Below, in pieces: positions 54,600 through 64,000 of a DNA stretch of 64,000 nt; the stretch's first letter is position 1; every line of letters starts with the position of its first letter. This stretch comes from the human T2T-CHM13v2.0 reference genome, Homo sapiens. The stretch lies in NCBI RefSeq assembly GCF_009914755.1, contig NC_060927.1; one strand, given 5' to 3'. A program made the position numbers and the translations under genes. Below the pieces are notes generated by a model. It searched no databases. It saw nothing but the letters and a program-made list of their open reading frames with translations, and had not been told where the DNA came from.

Positions 54600-55204
54600 C
54601 TGATAAATTATTGGATTAACAGACTAAAGATTAATGGTGCCTTTTGGTTCAGTTGGTTTGAAAAGCTGATGTAAGGCATTCATATCCTCTTAGTCTGTCC
54701 CTTGAAAGATTTTTTTTTTCTGCCCTTAAATATTTTCTGTAACTCCTGTATACAGCTGAAAGGATAACCACCTGTGGATTTTTGTTTTTCTTTCAGTATA
54801 GTTAAAAAAGCAGATGTGAGGTCAAGAGGTGAATGGGGAGAAGGACAGCCTAGTATGACCAGGGAATGGAACTCTGCATGAGTTTAGAAAAGTTAAATGT
54901 AAGGTTAAACTCCCTGAGAAGATCACCGAAGATAACTAAGAATTTTCTGTCATGGTTTTGAGAAGGAGGATAGTGAAGGCTTTTATGCAACGTTCTCAGT
55001 CTCTATTCACAGAATAAGGCTCCATTATGCTTAGACTATTTGACTTTATTAAATCTAGGCAAAACAAGCCTCACGTTAAAGAATAACACATATATGCACG
55101 TGGGTAAGTGTAACTAGAAAAGGAGAAGAAGAGGAAAGTTATTGTGTGGACAGCAAAAAACAAGAACAAGTTTCTCCCCCTGGAGTGTGAAATCATTAGA
55201 ACTT

Positions 55205-55815
55205 CAAAAGTGCTTGGCAGGACTAAAAGTCAAATATGCAAATATCATATGACTCAGCAATTCTACTTCCAGGTATATACTCGACAGAAGGCACATATAT
55301 ATATTCATCAAAAAGAAGGTATTTGAATGTATATAGAAGCACAATTCATAGTAACCTCAAATTAGAAACTACCCAAATGTCGAATAACAACAGAAAGGAA
55401 AAATAAATTGTGGTATATTCACACCATAAAATACTATCCTGCCATGGAGAATTAAGATATAAAATTGTACATGACAATATGAAACAAATGCATAAATGTA
55501 CCATTAAGCAAAAGTAAAGTCACACAGAATACATACAAAATGATTCAAGTTCTATAAAACATGAATACAGGCAAATTTATGCTGTCAGAAATAAGAATTG
55601 CAGTCACCCTTGAAGAGGAAAGTAGGGACTACAGGGGGTCATTGGGATTTAGGGCTTCTGGAATGCTGGCAATATTTTTCTTGATCTGAGCATTGGTTAA
55701 GTGACTGTATTATGTTTTTGAAAATTCATCAAGTTGAATGCTTATATTATACGTACTTTTCTGTACATATAATATAAATATACTGTAGGTATATATTATA
55801 TATTAATTTTTTTAA
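55205..55815 (+). mobile_element. L1ME-type 3' end
   Basis: tatgactcagcaattctacttccaggtatatac..aaattgtggtatattcacac.. Confidence 0.8.
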
Positions 55816-56480
55816 AAACTTCTTTGGGACTAAGGATGCCCTACTTCCCCAATCATCAAATGAATACTCTCTTTTCTCCCTGTTTTCATTCTTTTTTTGG
55901 TCAGTATCTTGAAAATTTAAAAGAGGAACAGAAGTAGTGATTTAAAAATGTTAAAACCAAATGAAAAGAGAACAAAGAAAGTTAAAAGAAAAAAAAAAGA
56001 AAAAGTAAGGAATGCAAGAAAGAAAGAAAAAGAAGGGAAGGAAGAAAGGAGAGAGAGAGAGGGAGAGGTCCCATCAGTCAGTGTCAGCCCTTACCACTCA
56101 CTTCTGCTGGTAGCTACTAGACCTTCTCTTGAGAATAGCCATTTTCCCTTGGCCTACCCATCACAGAATAGCCAAGTTCTACACAGTCTGGGGGCTTTGT
56201 CAGAAAGACATGGCTGAAGGAGGAAGGAGAAATTTTAAAAAAAGGGGAGGAAAGGATAAAAAGAAGGAAAGGAAGCCTCCATCTTCAGTGGGGCACTTTA
56301 TAAATCACCACTTGCAAACTGTTCTGAAAATGTTTTACATTTTCTTGTCATTTAACTTTCAATGACTATTTTGGGAAATATACTCAATAAAAAATTGGTT
56401 GTAATATTCAAATAAAAACATTTAAACAAGATACAAGTGCTCCATTTATTCTTTAATATAAACAGAAATACTAAACTTAC

Positions 56481-56581
56481 TTATTCTTTCAATACTATGA
56501 CCAAATTTTATCTTTTATCCATTTCAAACAGTATTTATGTAAGTGAATTGCTATTGTTCTCAGAAAAGGTTGATGGTCTGT
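56481..56581 (-). pseudogene. Candidate exon of fossil gene
   Basis: tcttatttcctgcAG|TDHQPFLRTIAIHLHKYCLKWIKDKIWS*Y*KN AA|GTAAGT. Confidence 0.62.
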
Positions 56582-56775
56582 CTGCAGGAAATAAGACTAA
56601 AAATTACTTTCTGACAAGACTCTCTCAAGTGGTTGAAACATCACCTGCTTGGGTCAGTGAATTAAGCCACAGAATAAAAAGAAAAGAATCAAACATTTCA
56701 ATCCCGGATATCATTAATGTATAGCATTATTCGTGATGGCTTTTACTTGTTTCTGGAATGTCTACAAAATTACTT

Positions 56776-57074
56776 TTTTTTTTTTTTGAGGTCAAGTCTC
56801 ATTCTATCACCCAGGCTGGAGTGCAGTGGCAGATCTCCGCTCACCACAACCTCTGCCTCCTGGGTTCAAGCTATTCTCTTTCCTCAGCCTCCCGGGTAGC
56901 TGGGACTACAGGTGTGCACCACCATGCCTGGCTAATTTTTGTATTTTTAGTAGAGATGGGGTTTCACTATGTTGGCCAGGCTAGTCTCGAACTCCTGACC
57001 TTGTGATCCACCTCCCCCCGCCCCTTGGCCTCTCAAAGTTCTGGGATTACAGGCGTGAGCCACCGCACCCAGCC
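56776..57074 (-). mobile_element. AluS
   Basis: Full dimer; TSD aattactt. Confidence 0.92.
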
Positions 57075-57127
57075 CAATTACTTCTAAATGAAAAGGTCAA
57101 TTGACTTTTATCTACACAATGCCAAAC

Positions 57128-57198
57128 CTTCAGAAACATTTTGATGCATTTTCCATCCAGAAATGAAGTATTAACATACGCATTGTTATTGTTTTCCA
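57128..57198 (-). pseudogene. Candidate exon of fossil gene
   Basis: ttgttttctaacttAG|TG ENNNNAYVNTSFLDGKCIKMFLK|GTTTGG; no stops. Confidence 0.6.
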
Positions 57199-57808
57199 CT
57201 AAGTTAGAAAACAAACTCTCAGAAGTCAAAAGAAGCCTCATGGCCTGAAGTCCTAAGTAGAAGAAACTCCAGTGACCACCTGGTACCAATTCCTCATTTT
57301 TATAGATGAGGAGGCAGAGCCCACTCAAGGTTACACAGATGGTGACTGGAGCCCAGGCCAATACATTGTGTCATTCCTGGGTAATATGTGATGTATGTTA
57401 TCTATTACTTTTAAAACTGGTTTCAGTTCAGTTTCAGGGCACAGAAGTGACTTAAACTATTTTCAGTTTTTAAACTCTAGCTATTAAATAATGATTTTAG
57501 AACTGGGAGTGCAAATTGTAGAATAAATGCCCCCCAAAGCCTCTTCTTTAAAAAAAATTCCTACAATAAAATTTTCTCCATTCCTCATCTTTTCTTCCAT
57601 AAAAGATTTCCTCTTTCCTGCCTGTTCCCAATATTACCTAGTCTTTCATTAACTGTTTTTATTCACTCAACTCATTCTTTGTATTTCTAGGTTCAATTGG
57701 AGGATGATTTTAAATTAATTATATAATGAAAATGTTCACATACAGACCTTTCAGTAGTTTAAATAACCAAGTTATAAGAATATTGAAGTATGAGTAAAAT
57801 TCTCTTAC

Positions 57809-57905
57809 ATAACTTATACCCAAATTCTATTTCTTTTTGAAAAGTATTTTGGTACAGAACATCCTTCTGAATTCTTGAAAATAAATTATTTCTCTCCATC
57901 TTAAT
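57809..57905 (-). pseudogene. Candidate exon of fossil gene
   Basis: attcaAG|IKMERNNLFSRIQKDVLYQNTFQKEIEFGYKL T|GTAAGA; no stops in very AT-rich DNA. Confidence 0.55.
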
Positions 57906-58441
57906 CTTGAATAATTGTGAAATTTAAAGTATATTTAGTAACAAATATTTTGTTATGTATATTTTTTACAGTCTTTAAAATAAAAGAGTGTTTATTTTTC
58001 TCCTTTGGAAAAACTAAGACTTAAAAGAGTTGTCCCAGACACTAGAGTATCATAAGATGAGGATATAATATTTTACTTTACAAAGTATTTTGAGACAAAT
58101 TAAACTTGCTTGATTCTTATAAAAGCATGAGAAGTAGGCATGAGAAACACTATTATTAAATTTCACAGATGAGGAAACTGAGACTAAAAGAGGTGAAGAG
58201 ATGTTTGCACAGTCACATAGCAATTTAGCGGCAAGAAACAGCTTGAAACTAGATTTTTGGTCTCTAAGTTCTGTATGTTTTTTAATGCTATATTAGAGCT
58301 TCTACCCCTCTTCTCCCTCACTCTCCCATCTATTGCTCTTCCCATTCCTCATGGTACTTCTAAGCTGGACTATTCAGAGAATATAAGCAGGAAGACATAT
58401 TGGATTAAGAATTCTGGCTGGGTAAGCCTTCACCCTCCTAC

Positions 58442-58537
58442 CCAAATGAAAAATTTCTGGCAAAGCCATCTGTTTAGTCAAGCATTTGCCTGATGGCGGT
58501 GGGAGGATCGACAACTGTACCACCATGGATTCAGTCC
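58442..58537 (-). pseudogene. Candidate exon of fossil gene
   Basis: tttactctctAG| 96 nt |GTAGGA; phase-0 frame GLNPWWYSCRSSHRHQANA*LNRWLCQKFFIW. Confidence 0.45.
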
Positions 58538-58734
58538 CTAGAGAGTAAATATTGAAACATGTGTTTGTTTCTGTACATGTGCCTCAGGGCTCAGTGATGG
58601 GCACATTTTAAAGATCTAAATAATAATAGTCATGGTGATGCTGCCAGCCCTAGTGCTATTGCAGTACCTGAACGTCACTTGAAGGAGAGCTGTGGCCATT
58701 TACTGATTATACACCTTCCCTCCCATTTATGTAA

Positions 58735-59197
<463 letters not shown>

Positions 59198-59859
59198 AAT
59201 GATGGATTTCTTCCAAGGAGATGCCTAAGTTTCTATTTTTTTTTTCCTCTATGTGGTGGGATACCTGACTCCATGTATCAGTAAGAAGCAAATAACACAG
59301 TTATCAAAGATTTCTTGAGTAGGGTATGCATCAGAAGTTGTAGGAATATACAAAACAAATAGAAACCTGTACCTGCTCTCAGGAACCATTACCACTAGTC
59401 TGGAAGATAATGAACGAGATCACCTAAGAAAAGCAACCTTTAACTAGGTGCCCAAAATTATATATGATGGTACATACAAGAGAGTCAAGAGAATTCTGAA
59501 TAAAGGAATCAGGTGGCATTACAGAGGAGTGGCTTGCAGGAAGAAGAGTAAAGGGTGTCAAGTGATAATTTAGGTGGGCTTAGAGCCAATAATCTTTATC
59601 AGCACTCATTCTGAAACTACCGCAAATAAATCACTTATCACAGTACACTAGATTACTTTAGTTCATATAATCCTCTGAGAAAGGTGTTATGAATCCTGTT
59701 TTAGATGATATGGTAAAGGGGTTAAGATGGTTGACCAAAGTCACATGGCCTAATAAGTGGCACTTCTGTCTGACTCTGCAGCTCATGGTCTTTCCCATTT
59801 CCACAATTTAAAGTAGTTTAAGTTGACTATGCTAGGAAATTTTATTTTTTTACAGGTTT

Positions 59860-61960
59860 CATTTTTCATTACATTTTATTTTTGTGAGTAACATATGCGT
59901 ATAGTTGATAAAAACATGACAAATTTAGCAGTTCCCCATCTACCTTTCCCTCCCCATCTTCAGGTACTGCTCCTCAGAGGTAACCATGTCCATTTTTCTT
60001 ATTTTTTTTCATTCTTTGCGTTCTCCATATTTCAAAATGATATGCTTATACTATTTATTACTTTATCATTTTTAACATCATCTATTATCTTATTTTTGTA
60101 GATGAATATTTATGTTTTATATAGCTCCACCTCTTCTTCCTCTCTCTACTGCATCTTTTCAACAGTTATATAATTTCTAAGGTAAATTAATATTCAATGC
60201 TTATGTTATAATCATAATATAGATACTGTTTATTGCCCCATTAGGTAATGTACCTTGATTATGTTTCCTTCCTGTACAACTTTTTGCTTTTTTGGAGTAA
60301 AAAATTGCCTCCATTTTTTAACAATTTTGTTTCTTATACTCCATATATTTTAAAAATGCCTCACAATGCTATTTCCATATGGTTAAATGTATCAGATAAT
60401 TTATCAGTTCCTTTTTTTTTTTTTTGGTCTTTGAGAACCTCTCTCTGCCCCATCTCCTGCCTCAATCTGGACCAATTGCTCTGCTGTCATCCTTCACTAC
60501 TCTCCTTTGCTGGATGGAGTTCATGTTTCCTGAATTCTGTATCCTCCTATTACTCTATTGCTTTTAGTGGAGCACATCCTTCAGCAGTATTCTAAGAAAG
60601 CATATGTTAAAGAATCAGTTTTGAGTCCTCGAATGCCTAAAAAGCCTTTATTCTTATAAATGATTGATAATTTGACTATGTATAGAATTTAATGTTAAAT
60701 TTTCTCTTAGAGTTTTGAAAGTATTTCTCCACTATCTTACAGCAAGTGTTGCTATTCAAAAGTCCAGTGACTTTCAATCCTTTCCTTTGTGATTTGTTTT
60801 TGTTTCTCTGTTTTTTTTTTTTTAAATTTCTCTTTATCTTATGCTATTATTTTCTACAAGTCTTGGGTTCCTGGGTCTTTCTCTTATCCCTCCCCTTCTG
60901 TTATCCATCTCTTTGGCTTTTATTCTATATTTAAGAACTTTCCATCCTTGGTATTCCAAGCCTTCTATTGCATTTTTATTATCAAATTTTTATTTACCAA
61001 AAGTTCTTCATCTCTAGTTATTCTTCCTTCCCCATTTTTGCTTCAGGGATGCAACTGCTTCTCTTTTTTCTCCCCAAAGATATCAAGTTATGAGTATTTT
61101 GTTATTGGAAGCATTTTTTTCCTTCTCTTTGTGTTTTCACTGTTTGTTCTATGCCTTTCTTTGTTTTGGTCTATTTTTCTTATTGAAGGTTTTCTTCAAC
61201 TGTCTGGTAGTCCTCACCTGCCCATTTATATTTAAGAGTGAGGAACTACAAAGCTGGAAGCTCTGGGTGTGGCGGCAGTTAGGATGATAGAGCAGCCAAA
61301 TAGTTTTTTTTGTTGTTGAAGACTTGCAAGTGCCAGTGTTGGGTAGTTATGTTTTCTCAGGAGTCATTCAGTTTTTCCAGAGAAAAATCTCCCATCTGCT
61401 ATATGGGGGCAACAAGCTGGCCTTTGTGAGAGAGAGCTAATGGGAGGAAGCAGACTAGAGGGGAGGAGTCTTCCTCTTGAACACATAGGCTTTCATTTAG
61501 TCCCCCTATTTTTAGCTCCAAGCCTCACCCCTGTTCTAGCGATTCTAGTATTCTCAAATTTAGAGTCTCCCTGGTCCATTTTTCCAAGAAATAAATCTCT
61601 AGTCTTATGCAAGGATAAAGGAAAAGACCTGGGGTTGTACCCTATTGATATATTGATTTTAACCAAGCCCTGTTTTCAGCTTTGCTCTTGCATCTGTCTC
61701 CAGGAACCCCTGTCCATCCAAATCCTGAGTCTTTCGGAGATTCTATGGAAGAAATCACTCAAATCCTCATTGATATCACACTTTGCAAGGCATTTCTGTT
61801 GCTTTCTTCTTTCTGCTAAGATAATTTTTATTCCTTCATCAACTGAACTTCTTTTCTTGTTCTCTTTAATGAGTTAAAAAATAAACAAAATTACTTTACC
61901 TTCATTTTAGTGGGTTTCTGAGATATGGAAGATATGAGCATGCCTAATCTGCCATGTTTA
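59860..61960 (-). mobile_element. HAL1-like ancient L1 derivative
   Basis: T-rich degenerate body; ccatttatatttaagagtgagg..aaagctggaagctctg motif. Confidence 0.65.
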
Positions 61961-61964
61961 ATAT

Positions 61965-62369
61965 TGTTATAGCTTGTGTTCACTGGAAGCGGATGCTGAG
62001 ATAGTTTGGGGTTCAAGGTTAGAGATCAGTGTTGTGAAAGGCAGCGGGAGGAAGCAGGATTGAGCAGAGGAAGCAGTCAAAGCATGATGCAGGTCTGTCA
62101 AAGCCTCAGCCAACCCAGCAGGGAGCTCTGGAGTGAGCAGAGCTGGTAAGAATTGTCTTTCATCCAGAGAAATGGCTGGGCTTTTGTTCCCTGCCTCACT
62201 GGGATGTGGGCTGCCCTGGGAATGGTGTAGATTTGGCCAAGGCAGCTCCCTGGAGCTGTGGCTGACTCTGAAGGAGCTGACAGCTGTAGGCTACCTGCTG
62301 ACTGCACTCCTAACAGCTAGGCAGCAAGTCCTTCCTTGAAGGGGAATTTAGGTAGCCATGTCTACCATA
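61965..62369 (-). mobile_element. LTR16A-like ERVL LTR
   Basis: ggaagcaggattgagcagagg, gggagctctggag motifs. Confidence 0.75.
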
Positions 62370-62397
62370 AACAGGAAGCCCACTATAGGTTAAAAAA

Positions 62398-63525
62398 AAC
62401 AGCTTTATTAAGACATAATCCATGTAACATAAAATTCACCCATTTAAAGTATACAATTCAGTAACTTTTATTATATTCAGAGTTGTACATCCATCACCAC
62501 TATTCATTTAGAACATCTTCATTACTACCAAGAAAAACTCTGCTCCCCTTAGCTGTCACCTCTCAGTCCCCTCATCACCTTCATTCCTAGGCAACCACTA
62601 ATTTACTTTCTGTGCCTATTTTGGACACTTTATATACATGAAATCATACAACATGTGGTCATTTGTGACTGACTTTTGTCATGTAGCATAATGTTTTCAA
62701 AGTTCATCAGTGTTGAAGCATATATGAGTTATTCATTTCTTTTTATTGCTAAATAATATTCCATTATATGAATATTATTTATCCATTTATCAGTTAATAG
62801 GCATTTGAGTTATTTACATGTTTTGACTATTATAAATAATGTGCTATAAATACTCAGGTGCAAGTTTTTGTGTTGATGTGTTTGTATGCATGTGTTTTTA
62901 TTTCTCTTGATATGAATTCCTAGAAGTGGAATTGGATCATATGGTAGCTCTATTTAACTGTCTGAAGCCCTGCCAGACTGTTTTCCAAACAGCTACCCCA
63001 TTTTACATTCCCACCGGTAGTTTATGAGAATTCCAGTTTCTTCACATCATTGACGATACTTGCTATTATCTGTTTTTTGATTATAGTCATTCTAGTGGTG
63101 TGAAGTGATATCTCCTTGTGGTTTTGATTTACATTTTCTTGATGGCTAATAATGTTGAACATCTTTTCATGTGCAGAAATATCTATTAAAATCCTTTATT
63201 CATTTAAAAATTGTGTTATTTGTCCTTTTATCATTGAGTTGTAATCATTCTTTTTAGGCTCTAGATTCAAGTCCCTTATCAGATACACAGTTTGCAAATA
63301 TTTTTCTCCCATTCTGTGAGTTGTCTTTTCACTTTATTAATAGTGTCCATTGAAGCACAGAAGTTTTAAATTTTTGATGATGCTCAGCTTATCTATTTTT
63401 TCTTTTATCATTCATGCATCTGGTGTCATATCTAAGAAATCATTCAATAATCTAAGGTCATGAAGGTTTATACCTATGTTTTCTTCAAAGAGTTTTATAG
63501 TTTAGGCTTTTAAATTTAGGTCTTT
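62398..63525 (-). mobile_element. L1MB-type 3' portion
   Basis: cagctttatt..aaaattcacccatttaaagt..ccagactgttttccaaa.. Confidence 0.88.
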
Positions 63526-63549
63526 TTTACTTTAACAATTCCAAGTTAC

Positions 63550-63760
63550 AGCAAAAGAATCTCAGCAAAATATTTCATATTGAAATTTTGGCAGTAGCAG
63601 CAATGTGACCAAGTAATAATAGGGCTTAGAGTGGACCAAAAAATAAGAGCCTGCCTTCTGTCCTATTCTTCCCAGAATAGAGAGAATTCAGAAGAATGTG
63701 AACCACACGTGTCCAGTTCCATTTTCCTCAGCTCACATCTTTCAATAAGCCCACTCCACC
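63550..63760 (-). pseudogene. Candidate exon of fossil gene
   Basis: ccctcttcctctaccccAG|GG WSGLIERCELRKMELDTCGSHSSEFSLFWEE*DRRQALIFWSTLSPII...KYFAEILL |GTAACT; 69 codons, one TAG. Confidence 0.5.
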
Positions 63761-64000
63761 CTGGGGTAGAGGAAGAGGGCTGGGTAAGTTCCTCCCAAAC
63801 TTCCCCCTTCTGGAGCATTAACGGTTTCTCTCTCTCAGACCTAACTTAGATGAGCATTTATTGGCAGGAATTATGTTCATAATGTATTACTAAATGAAGA
63901 TTATTTCAAAGCAATATGGATGGGGGGGGTGTATATACCACCCCAAAGTGTTAGTAGTGCTCAACTCTCATAAGTAGGATTAGGAATGTTTTTAATCTTG

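Noticed and set aside
59895-61877. Hydrophobic plus-strand ORFs
   Set aside because: T-rich antisense HAL1/L1 sequence

Overview
Primate (human-like) nuclear DNA, AT-rich and dense in Alu, L1/HAL1, L2, L3, MIR, MaLR/ERVL/ERV1 LTRs and hAT-Charlie MERs. No intact protein-coding gene, RNA gene or CpG island is visible, and almost all ORF-track entries are repeat-derived or chance ORFs. The one confidently named gene-derived feature is a 5'-truncated NAP1L1 processed pseudogene (21759-24964, +) with a 17-bp TSD, one frameshift and a (GAA)22-containing repeat in its 3'UTR. The main hidden signal comes from reading the non-repeat islands on the minus strand: about 20 segments with AG/GT splice sites and stop-poor frames. 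Eight of them (58.5-49.1 kb) join in consistent phase, and several carry RGS-domain-like motifs. I interpret this as a decayed multi-exon gene (unitary pseudogene) spanning the window; I cannot name it, and the RGS assignment is inference needing HMM/synteny tests. A second notable item is a ~42-nt hairpin sequence retroposed with an A-tail and TSD inside a MER58B (38.8 kb). Repeat subfamily names come from memory of consensus sequences; boundaries are approximate unless TSDs are quoted.
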